Assembly (NCBI GenBank): GCA_007130885.1
Contig: SLRQ01000013.1
Location: 11,004-75,003 of the forward strand
From: Deltaproteobacteria bacterium
Lineage (GTDB): Bacteria > Myxococcota > Myxococcia > SLRQ01
Direction of reading: 5' to 3'
DNA length: 64,000 bases
Shown here: positions 38,812-49,123 of the stretch, one piece after another
Layout of the letters: each line of letters begins with the position of its first letter
How positions within the stretch are numbered: the stretch's first letter is position 1
Notes under the pieces: generated by a model
The model's input: only the letters and a program-made list of their open reading frames with translations
What the model was told of the DNA's origin: nothing
Databases searched by the model: none
Translations under genes and position numbers: made by a program

Positions 38812-40221
38812 TCACAACCGGGCCAGCTTCACGATGTTGGTGGCGCGGTGCTCCCCTGGGGGCACGCCGGCCACTATCACGACCGAGTCGCCTGGTGAGC
38901 ACGCTCCGATCTCCAGCAGGCGATGCCCGACGACCTCGAACATCTCGTCCGTGGAATCGATGGGAGAGATGGGCCGCGGCTCCACACCCCAGTACAGCGC
39001 CATGCGAAGCAGGGTTCTCGGTAGGGACGAGAAGGCGAAGAGCCTGGCGCCCGGGCGGTACTCGCTTATCAGCGCCGCGGTGGCGCCGCTGTTGGTGAAC
39101 GCCGCGATGGTCGAGACTCCCAGGTCCTCGGCGGCGTTGACCGCCGCCCTGGCGGCGGCGTTTTGAAAGGTCGGCATCTCTTTCAGGAAGGCGCGTACGA
39201 CACCTCGATGATAATGGGGTGAGCGCTCGGCCTCCGTGATGATGGACGACATCATGCGCGTCGTCTCGACAGGGAAGTCCCCGACGGCGGTCTCTCCGGA
39301 AAGCATCATCGCGTCGGTGCCGTCGAGCACGGCGTTTGCTACATCCGACACCTCGGCCCTGGTCGGACGTGGGTGCCTGGTCATGGAGTCGAGCATTTGC
39401 GTTGCGATGATGACCAGCTTCCCGTGAGCGTTGGTGCGCTCCACCGCCGTCTTCTGTATCGCGGGGACGCGCTCGGCCGGCAGCTCCACGCCCAGATCGC
39501 CCCGAGCCATCATGATGCCGTCGGAAGCCGCGATTATCTCTTCGAGGTGCTCGACCGCGAGAGGGCGCTCGATCTTGGAGACTATGGGGGTGAGGTCGCC
39601 CGCCGGCATGGCGGCCCGAAGACGCTTCACGTCCGCCGGGCCCTGGACGAAAGAGAGCGCTACGAAATCGACGCCAAGCCCCAGGCCGAAGGCGAGATCC
39701 TCGAGATCCTTTTCCGTCGGCGCCGAAAGAGAGAGCCGGGTGGAGGGCAGGTTCACGCCCTTTCTCTGACGCAGCACGCCTCCGTTCAACACGCGGCAGC
39801 GTATCTCACCCTCGTCCTTGTCCACCACCTCCAGAGACAAGAGCCCGTCATCCAGCAGGATCGGTTCTCCAGCCGACACATCCGATGGGAGCCCCTCATA
39901 ATCGATCTGAAACGCCTCTGGCGTGCCTTCCACATCGCGGGTCGTCAGCGTAGTAATCTGTCCGCTCTTCAGCTCGATGGCTCCGTCCCGCATCCGTCCG
40001 GTCCTGATCTTCGGACCCTGCAGGTCCTGAATCACCGCGATGGGGCGGCCCTTTTTTTCGGCGACTCTCCGGACCATCTCGTAAGTTGCGGCGTGGCTCG
40101 CGTGATCGCCGTGAGAGAAGTTGAGGCGCGCGCCGTCCATGCCCGCTTCGATCAGCGCTTCGATCATCTCGGGCGAGCTGGTGGCCGGCCCGATCGTGCA
40201 GATTATCTTGGTTTTGCGCAT
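38812..40221 (-). CDS. pyk: Pyruvate kinase
   Basis: 'RKTKIICTIGPA', 'RLNFSHG', 'DLQGPKIR', 'MMARGDLGVE', 'ATQMLDSM...PTRAE', 'MLSGETA.G'. ATG 40221 follows GGAGG. Confidence 0.97.
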   Translation of the reverse strand: MRKTKIICTIGPATSSPEMIEALIEAGMDGARLNFSHGDHASHAATYEMVRRVAEKKGRPIAVIQDLQGPKIRTGRMRDGAIELKSGQITTLTTRDVEGTPEAFQIDYEGLPSDVSAGEPILLDDGLLSLEVVDKDEGEIRCRVLNGGVLRQRKGVNLPSTRLSLSAPTEKDLEDLAFGLGLGVDFVALSFVQGPADVKRLRAAMPAGDLTPIVSKIERPLAVEHLEEIIAASDGIMMARGDLGVELPAERVPAIQKTAVERTNAHGKLVIIATQMLDSMTRHPRPTRAEVSDVANAVLDGTDAMMLSGETAVGDFPVETTRMMSSIITEAERSPHYHRGVVRAFLKEMPTFQNAAARAAVNAAEDLGVSTIAAFTNSGATAALISEYRPGARLFAFSSLPRTLLRMALYWGVEPRPISPIDSTDEMFEVVGHRLLEIGACSPGDSVVIVAGVPPGEHRATNIVKLARL

Positions 40222-40238
40222 GTCCTCCGCCGTTGCGT

Positions 40239-41894
40239 CTATCTTCGCGTGTGAGATGCGACATCCCAGCTTTCCGGAAGGCTGACCATGAAGGAGAGGT
40301 CGATCTCGGTCTTCGCGCCTTCTTCCAGAGAGACATCCCAAGTGAGAATGCCTCGCTCCTCGTCCAGCTCGTATCCCTCCGTCGTCTCACTGTCCTCGAT
40401 CGACACCCGCACGTCGTCCACACGGCTAACCGGTATGGTCTCCCTCACCTCGATGGTTATGGGACCTGCCGTGTCGTTTACGATCTCCGTACGATAGGCT
40501 CTCTCCATCCTTAGGTTGCGCCGAAGGAAACCCGGGTCATGGTCCATCTCGGATAGCTCGTGGCGCATGGCGCGAACAGATTCGTCCGGACCGAGTGACA
40601 GCTCCATACGTGCGCTGGGAGGCGTGTAATCGAGGTCGAGCCGGCCGGCGTAGGCGCCGTCGCGGAATACGTGCATGGGGCCTTCGAGCAAGGGGTAAGC
40701 GGCGGGGTTGCTCAGCTCGACGATACGATAGGCATATGGAGCCAGCTTGGGGATAGCCACCCGCTTTCCCGTCGCTTCGCTTTGGATGTCGTCCACTGGG
40801 AATCGGTAGGGTCGGGCGTCACGCCTCACATCGACGGTGCCTGGAATCGTGAGGCTGAAAGCGCGTCCTTTATCCTCTAGGACGACCTGGTCCGGCGAAT
40901 CCGTTGTGGGCTTCATGCCGGGGGCGAGACCTCCGCGATCTTCCTCTGTTTGGACGAGGACCCGCTGCTTGCCGACCTCACGACCGTCCACGTGGATGGT
41001 CGCCGGTTGGGGAGCCTCCGCTCCTAGATCGGGTCGTGCCGTGGTGAGGGTGAGCCGAGCTCCAAGCCAATCTTCCCCGGTGCCTTGCCTGACAACTGCT
41101 CCAACACCAATCCTGGCCGTCCCAGGGCCGACGCCGTCTCCACCCTCCGAGTCGAAGCGCAGATCGTACTCGGGGGTCCAGGTCGCGCCGGGAACCAAAT
41201 ACGAAAGCTCCACCGCGGTTTGCCGGGCGTCATTGCAATCCACGGTGACGGTGACCTGGTGAGCACGTTCCTGTTTCCTGTAATCACCTGTCCTGAGGTA
41301 GGCGTCGAGACGCCTTTGCAGCAGTTCCTCCTCGCGATCGAGATCGATCAGTCTCGCTCTTGCATCCACCCTGCTAGAGACGAGACGCATGCTCTCCGAG
41401 CGGGTGAAGTCCAGCGCCGAGGTCCACCGGCTGATCGCCGTCTCTTCCGCCAGAGCCTCGTTCTCGAACAGGGCGCGGAAGGACTCCGCATAGGCGGCGG
41501 CCGCACGATGGCGCTCCTCGGCTGTTCTTTTCCGGTGATTCAAGGCTCGGCGTGATTCTTCGATTCTCGCCAGCTCATCGTGGATGCCGGCCAACTTCGG
41601 ATCGAGAGGCACGTCTACTTGCGTGAGCCTTGCGCAAACGCCGACGGCCTCGGCGGGGCTTTCGGCTTCCGCGCGAAGCGTGGCGACGTCGAGCCGGGCC
41701 GGCAGCGGCGGGAAAGTAACTCTCACGGAGCCTTGCCCGGGGGTACAGGCAACCTGCGCCGTTCTCGTGACCTCGGCACGATCAACGAATACGGTGACGC
41801 GGTCGATGGGAGCGCTAGCCGATGCCGCCACGGCTCCTCCGCCGGATACCCCAACCAAGATTCCGGTGATGAAGATGAATGCTGGAGATCTCAT
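40239..41894 (-). CDS. DUF4140/DUF4139 (MuiA-like) exported protein
   Basis: 'IDRVTVFVDRAEVTR', coiled coil, 'LSYLVPGATWTPEYDL', 'VRQGTGEDW', 'LTW..L'. Confidence 0.88.
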   Translation of the reverse strand: MRSPAFIFITGILVGVSGGGAVAASASAPIDRVTVFVDRAEVTRTAQVACTPGQGSVRVTFPPLPARLDVATLRAEAESPAEAVGVCARLTQVDVPLDPKLAGIHDELARIEESRRALNHRKRTAEERHRAAAAYAESFRALFENEALAEETAISRWTSALDFTRSESMRLVSSRVDARARLIDLDREEELLQRRLDAYLRTGDYRKQERAHQVTVTVDCNDARQTAVELSYLVPGATWTPEYDLRFDSEGGDGVGPGTARIGVGAVVRQGTGEDWLGARLTLTTARPDLGAEAPQPATIHVDGREVGKQRVLVQTEEDRGGLAPGMKPTTDSPDQVVLEDKGRAFSLTIPGTVDVRRDARPYRFPVDDIQSEATGKRVAIPKLAPYAYRIVELSNPAAYPLLEGPMHVFRDGAYAGRLDLDYTPPSARMELSLGPDESVRAMRHELSEMDHDPGFLRRNLRMERAYRTEIVNDTAGPITIEVRETIPVSRVDDVRVSIEDSETTEGYELDEERGILTWDVSLEEGAKTEIDLSFMVSLPESWDVASHTRR

Positions 41895-41929
41895 GTTTGT
41901 GCCTCCTGGACCTTGAAGTGCCACCTGCA

Positions 41930-43879
41930 TCACCGCTGGAAAAGCCGCCAGTCCGAGGGACGGCGGATTGTGTAGCGAAGCTCGAGGGTTTTCTTCTCGC
42001 CCGAAGGGATCTCCACCTCCCACTCGACGAGACCCTCCGTGTCCGTCGGACCGGCCGCGGGCGGCTCCATGGAGTCCACTTCGATGGTGATGTTCTCGTT
42101 TCGCGTCTTCGGGACTTGATCGGTGACCCGAACTCGAATGGGCCGGCCTTTGTGGTTGGCTATCTCGATACGGTGGGTGTAAGCGGTGGCTTCCTCACGA
42201 CGGACGATTCCGCTGGTCACCGTCTCGGGTATTACCACCCGCCGTACCCGCACGTCCTGGTCGGCGCCGAGAGGCAGCTCAACCTCGCCTCCGGGACCTA
42301 TGGTACGCAGGTCTCCCCTTCCGGCATGAGATCCCGCGACGAACATGTTCACGGGGCCGCCGAGCAGCGGCCGGTCACCTGTGTTGCGGACAGTTGCCTT
42401 CAAAAAGGCCGTCTCCATCAGGCCTGGGCTGGTCTCGTACATGACATCCGCGGTGAAGGTCTCGCGAAACAGCGGTACGAGGTGGCGGTCGCCGGTGGCG
42501 GGGACCGTGACCTCCACCGGCGAGATGTAGGCGAAGTCGAGACCGCCGGCGAGAGCCGCCGGTGAACCCGAAGGAGGTGGGGGACGTTGACGCTCGCCGG
42601 GGTCGGCTAGAAGGAAGCTTTGCGCGGGAGCCGCCTGTGGCGACGAAGCCATTGCTCGCCGGCCGCGAGGCGCTGCTTCCTCGGTGACATCCGCGAAGTC
42701 GATCACTGTCTCTTGCCTGTATCCGGCCGAACGAGGCTCGGGTCGCTCCGCCGCGCGAGGCGGCGGTTCCGAGCCGGAAAGAGCCTTTCGAGTTGATTCG
42801 GCATGACCGTAACCGGCGGACCAACCCTCGGCTGCTTCCGTACGTCCGTGCATTTTCCGTAGCCTCTCTTTGAGGGAAGCCAAGCGGATGATCGAGTCGA
42901 TCTCCATGGGTTGCGCCGCTGGTTCGGGCACCGGGTTCACGTGGCGATGAGCGCGTTGCTTGGGCCTGGGGGTCGGCACGAAGTCTCGTGCTTCGCCGAG
43001 CACCCATGTGAGCATCTCCGGCATCTCGAGACCGCGGCCCGGTACCGCCGTGGACAAGGAGAGGGTGACGTCATTCCAGTCCTCTCCAGTGGCTTGTCGG
43101 ACCCTGCCGGAGGCGGCGAGAAGAACTCGTCCTTCCTCCGGGGTGAAGTGAAGCTCGTGGACCGGGGTCCAGCCGGCACCAGGCACGCCGTACTCGAGCT
43201 CGACCGGTACGCCTCTTCCGCCGTTTGGAGACTCCACCACCGCCCATACCCGCAGTCCGCTCTTCGTCAGACCGCCTATGTCCAGCCGCTCCAGCCGCTC
43301 ACGAGCGTCCTCACGCGCCTTGGCCGCTTCCCCCCTTTTTGTTGATCTGTCGCGGGCCCCCGCACGAACCTCGGTAAGGCGCTCCTCCAAGAAGTCGAGA
43401 ACCTCCGGCCAGGCGAGAGGAGACAGAGTTCCCATGTCGTTCTCACCGGGTACTCTTGGCAGAAGCTTTCCGAGAAGATCGGCTTCCTTCTCGAATACCT
43501 CGATCTCGCCGTCCAGCTCGAAAAGCCTAGCGTCCAGCACCTCTATCTCTTCGAGGATTGCTTCCACCTCTTCGATGCCGCTGTGCGGCCGCTCCATCTC
43601 GAGCATCTCCACGCGGGCTATCCTCGTTCCATCCACCGCGACTCGAACCGTCTCGGGCCAGGTGCCTCCCGGCAGATCGGGCAAAGCGACGACGTTCTCG
43701 CCCGCCGCCAGATCCACCAGCCCGCGCCTGACGACGCGTGCCCTGTCGCCGAAAACCGTAACCTCGGCGATGGGCGCGCTCACGGATGTGTCCACCTCAT
43801 CCAGGCCTGGTGGGACTTCGGGCTCCATGCCCAGAAGGCCGGCTGCAAGGACGGCTAGAGCGCACAGTGTACTATTCAT
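41930..43879 (-). CDS. DUF4140/DUF4139 (MuiA-like) exported protein
   Basis: 'IAEVTVFGDRARVVR', 'LEYGVPGAGWTP', 'VRQATGEDWNDV.LSLST', 'LLGGPVNMF', 'LPLGAD'. ATG 43879 follows GGAGGT. Confidence 0.88.
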   Translation of the reverse strand: MNSTLCALAVLAAGLLGMEPEVPPGLDEVDTSVSAPIAEVTVFGDRARVVRRGLVDLAAGENVVALPDLPGGTWPETVRVAVDGTRIARVEMLEMERPHSGIEEVEAILEEIEVLDARLFELDGEIEVFEKEADLLGKLLPRVPGENDMGTLSPLAWPEVLDFLEERLTEVRAGARDRSTKRGEAAKAREDARERLERLDIGGLTKSGLRVWAVVESPNGGRGVPVELEYGVPGAGWTPVHELHFTPEEGRVLLAASGRVRQATGEDWNDVTLSLSTAVPGRGLEMPEMLTWVLGEARDFVPTPRPKQRAHRHVNPVPEPAAQPMEIDSIIRLASLKERLRKMHGRTEAAEGWSAGYGHAESTRKALSGSEPPPRAAERPEPRSAGYRQETVIDFADVTEEAAPRGRRAMASSPQAAPAQSFLLADPGERQRPPPPSGSPAALAGGLDFAYISPVEVTVPATGDRHLVPLFRETFTADVMYETSPGLMETAFLKATVRNTGDRPLLGGPVNMFVAGSHAGRGDLRTIGPGGEVELPLGADQDVRVRRVVIPETVTSGIVRREEATAYTHRIEIANHKGRPIRVRVTDQVPKTRNENITIEVDSMEPPAAGPTDTEGLVEWEVEIPSGEKKTLELRYTIRRPSDWRLFQR

Positions 43880-44331
43880 GTAAACCTCCGGGAGTGGCCT
43901 CGAACGCGAGGAGGCAGGCGGAAACGACTTCGCGAATGGTAGAGCATACACGTTGAGGCCATTTTATGAAGCGACTATGCGGCTCTGAAGGATCCCCGCT
44001 ATCGAGCTGCTCACGTCTGGTGCCGGGACCTGCCGGCCGCGATCCGCTTCCCCGCCGGCCCCGCTCCCGCGCGCTTTCGAAAAGCAGCGGAAACTCCTCC
44101 GATGGCGTCGTTACGAGCCGGTGGGGGATCGGGCCAGATTTTTGGCGACTGGAGGTGCCGGGTCTCGGATCTTCGAGGGTATCGCTCCCCGGCACATTAG
44201 AGAGATAAGGTTCAGCCGCCCTAATTATGGGGGGTTGCGGTGTTTTTGCCGTCTTGCTCGTCACAGGCCCGGTTCTTGCTTGATGGGAAGGGACATCATT
44301 TTTCGAAAGCAGGTCGATTAGGGAGGAAGTA

Positions 44332-47300
44332 ATGCGACACGAGGCTTCAGGACATTCGATCAAGAAGAGAGGGACAAACGTTGCGTGCTTTTTCTGTGAT
44401 GAAAGCGCGGCTGAGCATCGCCGAGGCATTGCGCGGGGGCCATGGTTGACGGTGCTTTTCGCTTGCTCACTCATGCTTCTTGGCGCGGGCGGCTGTTCCG
44501 TCGAGCACGACCCCGGCAACCCGACTGAGCGAGACATGGATCAGACGGACTTCCTATCCGCCGGATCTTCTTCGGAGGACACCAGCCTTGCGGGGACCGA
44601 CGATGCCGAGCGGGCTCCCGCCGATCCGGCGTCGGACGAAGACTTCGGCGAAGGCGGCGAGGAGCGGACCGTCGAGGAGGGCGACATCTACCGCGTGCTC
44701 GCGGGCGATATGATTCTCAACCTCAACTCCTTCCGCGGGCTCCAGGTCATCGACTTCTCGAACCTCGAGGAACCGGAGATCATCGGTCGCGCGCGCGTCA
44801 CCGGCACGCCGGTGGAACTCTATGTGCACGGCGACCATGCCTTCGTGCTCATGAACAACTGGCGCGGTTACCGCGGAAGCAAGTACTCGTCCGAGATAGA
44901 GCAGGTGGCCGGCGGTCTAATCCTCTCGGTTGACATCTCGGACCCCAGCGCCCCAGTCATTAGGGAGCATGTCCGCGTTCCTGGTCGAATAGAGACGAGT
45001 CGCCTGGTGCACGGCGGCGGGCAGGCCGCGCTCTATGTGGCCGCGGCCGAGTGGTCGTACGATGTGGACGAGGACGGCGTCTACAGAGAGCACCTCGAAA
45101 CCTTCGTACGCAGCTTCGAGGTGACGGGGGGATCCATGAAGCAGCGCTCCGAGATCGATCTCGGCGGCTTCGTAAGCGACATTCAGGCTACTTCAACAGC
45201 GCTCTTGGTCGCCCGGAACGAGAGCTGGTGGAGGCGCGACCCCGAGCAGGCAAGCCGGGTTGCGGTAATCGATATCTCCAGCCCCGACGGCACCATGGTC
45301 GAGGGCGGTGAGGTCGAGGTCGCGGGGTTCGTGTTCACCCAGTTCAATATGGACCTCTACAACGACGTCCTCCGGGTCGTCTCGGGGAGCCGGTGGGGAA
45401 GCAGTCCCGCAAACTATATAGAGACCTTCGACGCTTCCGATTTCTCCAACCTGGAGCCCATCGACAAGGAGGAGTTCGGCGCCGGCGAGGACCTTTACGC
45501 GACGCTGTTCCTTGGCAACAAGGCGTTCTTTGTCACGTACTGGCAGGTAGACCCCTTCCACGCGTTCGAGATAACCGACGAGGGGATCGCCACGGAGATG
45601 AGCGAGTTCATCGTATCCGGCTGGAACGACTACTTCAGGGCCGTCTTCGGTGAGAGCCGCTTGATCGGGATTGGCAAGAACGACGAGCAGGGCACCCAGC
45701 AGGCCGTGAGCCTCTACGACATCACGGATCTCACCAACCCCGAGCCGCTGATAGAGCGGGCCGAGGTCGACATGCACTGGAGCTGGTCCGAAGCGGAGTG
45801 GGATCACCGCGCTTTCTCGGTGCTGGAGGGCGCTGTCGATGTACAGGCCGCCGACGGCACGCGGGAGACGGGGCTGGTGCTATTGCCGTTCTCCGGTTGG
45901 GATTACGACTCCGAGACAGGTCACGGCCGGCATCTTGCCGCGGTACAGATCTTTACCTTCTCCGAAACTACTCTTACCCGCCGAGGCGTCATGGAGCATC
46001 CGACTCGGGTCAGGCGAAGCTTCCCCGCAAGCGACGAGGCGGTGGCGAACCTGTCCGAAACGGACATCGCTTTCTTCGATCATCGCGATCCCGACGACCC
46101 CCTCTCGCTGGGCTCCGTGGAGCTTGCTCCGAACTACGCCGACTACTTCGTCTTCGGCGATTACGGTGCCCGCCGAAAGGATGAGGGCAACCACTATTGG
46201 TATTATCGGGCTGACGATGATGCGGTGACGCTAATCGAGATCGTCGATGTCGCCGAGGATCCGGATCTCGCCGAACCCAATGCTTTCTTCGAGGTGGAGA
46301 GAGGCGCTCAGCTCCATCAGGTCGGTGATCTTCTGGTCGCTGTCTCGGAGGTGTACGATGCCGTGGACATGCACGAGCCCGGCGGTACGCGGCACTACGA
46401 GTACGAGGTCTCTCGCTCGCTCACGGTCCATGATCTTTCCAACCCGCTCGAGCCAGAGAAGGTCGGCGAGATAGAGCTGGAGGAGACTTCCTCCGGCGGA
46501 AGGTATTGGGGCAGGCAGGAGGCCCACGTGGTGGGCGAGGGGCTTGTACTGGTGCAGCGCGACTACAACTATGAGGTGCTGGACCCTGAGGAGGTCTGCT
46601 ACTTCGATAGCTTCGGCAGTTGTGTGAGCTCGCCTCGCGACGGCGGACCCAGCGACGGGGACCGTGAGCCCGATGAGGAAGCCACCACCGAGTGCGAAAT
46701 GTGGACGGCGGACGTCTTCTGTGAGCGAAACTCCAGCGGTGAGCTCGAGTGCACTGGAACGGTCGAGATCTGTACCTGGAGCGACGGGGAGGAGAGGGAA
46801 TGCGAGACCGTCGATGTAAACGACATCGAAGATCTCGAGCAGTACGTATACTGCTACGAGCAAGGAAGGCACAGGAGCTGGACCGAGCTGTCGCTACGAC
46901 CGATAGATCTCTCGAACCCCGCTGATCCGGTCGTCCGCCCGGCCATTGAGCTTGGTGAAGGCGACGATTACGTATCGGTGCTGGCGGACGGCGATGATCT
47001 CTACCTGTCGTTCGGTAGGCCCGAGGAGGTGGAAGGAGACAACCGCGGCTTCGTCCGGTTCTTCTTCAAGCGCATCGGTTTTGGTAGCTACGTCGAGCCC
47101 GAGTTCGGCCCGGAGGTCAACGTGCCCGGCGTGTTGATCGCGGTCGACGACTCGTTCGTCTACACTCGCGACAGGGTCTTCAGCGGAAACAGGGTGGAGA
47201 CTGCTATAGCCAGGTGCGAGGTCGACGGGGATCTCGCGTATCTTCGCGGCCTTCGGCAATTCGAGAAGAGGTATGTAGCCGAGACTGTCCTCGATGGCGC

Positions 47301-47676
47301 GGGCCACCTTCTGGTCACTCACGGCCCTGCTTACAGAGACGGTATTTTCGGAGGGCACGACAGCATGGAAGATCGCATGCACACGTTGTCGGTTCTCGAT
47401 GCGGCATCTTCCGAGTTCGATTTGCTCTCGGAGGTGGAGGTCGACACCTGGGCCTCGCTCCGCGAGGCCCGGCCGGGACGTGCTCTCTTCCAGGTTCCGG
47501 GCGGCCTGCTCATCATGAACCTAGATAACCCGGGGAGCCCGTTCCCGCAGGCTTACTTCCCGACCATGGGCTGGCCGAGGTCGATCCGCGTGCATGACGG
47601 CACCATAGTATTGGCGGCGGGCCGTTACGGCATCTACAGCTTCCCGCTGGACGGCTTCAACCTCCTGCCGATGTAA
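44332..47676 (+). CDS. Beta-propeller domain-containing lipoprotein (Beta_propel-like)
   Basis: Lipobox 'GAGGC', 'VEEGDIY', 'FNMDLYNDVLRV', 'GEDLYATLF', 'VTYWQVDP', 'SEAEWDHRAF'. Confidence 0.85.
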   Translation: MRHEASGHSIKKRGTNVACFFCDESAAEHRRGIARGPWLTVLFACSLMLLGAGGCSVEHDPGNPTERDMDQTDFLSAGSSSEDTSLAGTDDAERAPADPASDEDFGEGGEERTVEEGDIYRVLAGDMILNLNSFRGLQVIDFSNLEEPEIIGRARVTGTPVELYVHGDHAFVLMNNWRGYRGSKYSSEIEQVAGGLILSVDISDPSAPVIREHVRVPGRIETSRLVHGGGQAALYVAAAEWSYDVDEDGVYREHLETFVRSFEVTGGSMKQRSEIDLGGFVSDIQATSTALLVARNESWWRRDPEQASRVAVIDISSPDGTMVEGGEVEVAGFVFTQFNMDLYNDVLRVVSGSRWGSSPANYIETFDASDFSNLEPIDKEEFGAGEDLYATLFLGNKAFFVTYWQVDPFHAFEITDEGIATEMSEFIVSGWNDYFRAVFGESRLIGIGKNDEQGTQQAVSLYDITDLTNPEPLIERAEVDMHWSWSEAEWDHRAFSVLEGAVDVQAADGTRETGLVLLPFSGWDYDSETGHGRHLAAVQIFTFSETTLTRRGVMEHPTRVRRSFPASDEAVANLSETDIAFFDHRDPDDPLSLGSVELAPNYADYFVFGDYGARRKDEGNHYWYYRADDDAVTLIEIVDVAEDPDLAEPNAFFEVERGAQLHQVGDLLVAVSEVYDAVDMHEPGGTRHYEYEVSRSLTVHDLSNPLEPEKVGEIELEETSSGGRYWGRQEAHVVGEGLVLVQRDYNYEVLDPEEVCYFDSFGSCVSSPRDGGPSDGDREPDEEATTECEMWTADVFCERNSSGELECTGTVEICTWSDGEERECETVDVNDIEDLEQYVYCYEQGRHRSWTELSLRPIDLSNPADPVVRPAIELGEGDDYVSVLADGDDLYLSFGRPEEVEGDNRGFVRFFFKRIGFGSYVEPEFGPEVNVPGVLIAVDDSFVYTRDRVFSGNRVETAIARCEVDGDLAYLRGLRQFEKRYVAETVLDGAGHLLVTHGPAYRDGIFGGHDSMEDRMHTLSVLDAASSEFDLLSEVEVDTWASLREARPGRALFQVPGGLLIMNLDNPGSPFPQAYFPTMGWPRSIRVHDGTIVLAAGRYGIYSFPLDGFNLLPM

Positions 47677-47893
47677 CGGGGCGGGACCGCCTCTAAAGAA
47701 GTGTCTGGTGGGAAGTTGTTGGGTCGGCGTATTGGTGAACATGCGAGAAATGCACAGGCCCTGACATCACTACTGGTGAAGCAGCCCTGTCTGGACTAAT
47801 ACAAGGACCATGAATGCCGCCACCGGATCTGTCCCCCGCCTGGTGTTTCCCCGAATCAGCTTTTTCGATCTCTCGCGGTCGAGAGGCAAAGAC

Positions 47894-48979
47894 ATGGTTA
47901 AGAGCTGGGTGGTGCTCGCCGTTTTCTTCATGCTCGCCGCTCCGGCGGCCGCCGACTTCAGTCCTGAAGAGCTTGTGGAGGTGGGACGTGCCTACATGGA
48001 GCGCGGCCAAAACGAGGACGCCATCGAACCTCTGCGGATGGCGGTCGAGGCCGACGACGAGAACGTCGAAGCTCATCGTCTTCTGGGTCTGGCGCTGTCC
48101 ATGACCGGGCGTTCCGCGGAGGCGGAACCTCATCTCGCACGCGCCGCCGAGCTCAAACCAAAGAGCTACGAGACGCTCCTTCTTCTCGGAATGGCAAGAG
48201 ATCTCGCCGGCCGCCACGACAAAGCGGCCAAGGCATACGAGGCTGCCACCAAGATCGACGAGGACCGGCCGTGTGCCTGGCATGAGCTTGGAATGACCCA
48301 TCTGTTGCGAGGTGACCCCTCGTCCGCGGTAACGGCTCTCGGACGCGCCGCTGAAGTCTCCGAAAAGCCGAGCGGTTCCCTGCTCGCGGATCTCGGTTAT
48401 GCGTTGTCGGCCGCCGGAGAGTCGGAAAAGGCCCTCGAGGTATTGGGTAGGGCGGTCGAGGTCGAGCCCGGCGATGCCGGAATACGTTTCGTAAAAGGAC
48501 GCGTTCATGCGGCGGCCGGTCAGGTCGACGAGGCGCTGGAGGCTTTCAACGCGGCGCTAGAGAGAAAACCCGACTGCGCAAACTCCGCCCTGCACAAAGG
48601 AATGACGCTGGTAGGGGCGGAACGCTACGAAGAGGCGCTTCCCGCCCTGAAGCTTGCGGTAGCCGAAGGTTCCTCCAGCCCAAGGGCTCGCGCGGCGTTG
48701 GGGCGAGCGCTTGCCGCTACAGGTGATCTCGACGGCGCCGAAGCGAACCTTCGGGCGGCGGTGGCGGCCGAACCACGTCTAGTTGCTTCGTGGCGTGATC
48801 TTGCTCGAGTGTATGAGGCCAAGGAAAAGCGGGACGAGGCTCTTTCAGCGCTCGAGCGCGCCGCAAGCCTCTCTCCGGATAATGAAGACATTTCCGGAGA
48901 GATCCAGCGGCTCAGGGGTTTGGCGGACGAAGACGACCCCCCCAAAGAGGATCTCGAGGACACCCCTGGAGAGGAATAG
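47894..48979 (+). CDS. Exported tetratricopeptide repeat protein
   Basis: Signal peptide 'MVKSWVVLAVFFMLAAPAAA' followed by about 9 TPR units. Confidence 0.88.
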   Translation: MVKSWVVLAVFFMLAAPAAADFSPEELVEVGRAYMERGQNEDAIEPLRMAVEADDENVEAHRLLGLALSMTGRSAEAEPHLARAAELKPKSYETLLLLGMARDLAGRHDKAAKAYEAATKIDEDRPCAWHELGMTHLLRGDPSSAVTALGRAAEVSEKPSGSLLADLGYALSAAGESEKALEVLGRAVEVEPGDAGIRFVKGRVHAAAGQVDEALEAFNAALERKPDCANSALHKGMTLVGAERYEEALPALKLAVAEGSSSPRARAALGRALAATGDLDGAEANLRAAVAAEPRLVASWRDLARVYEAKEKRDEALSALERAASLSPDNEDISGEIQRLRGLADEDDPPKEDLEDTPGEE

Positions 48980-49123
48980 TGGATTGCTACAGCAGTTTGT
49001 GGGGAGCCGGTCTTGATTCGTGGACTCATTGGAATCGGAGTAGGGTATTCGACTCGTTCGGCGCCTCGATGTTTGTTCCCCCGCGCCTACTAACCTAGAA
49101 TGTGTAAGATCTCTGGAGTGCTC

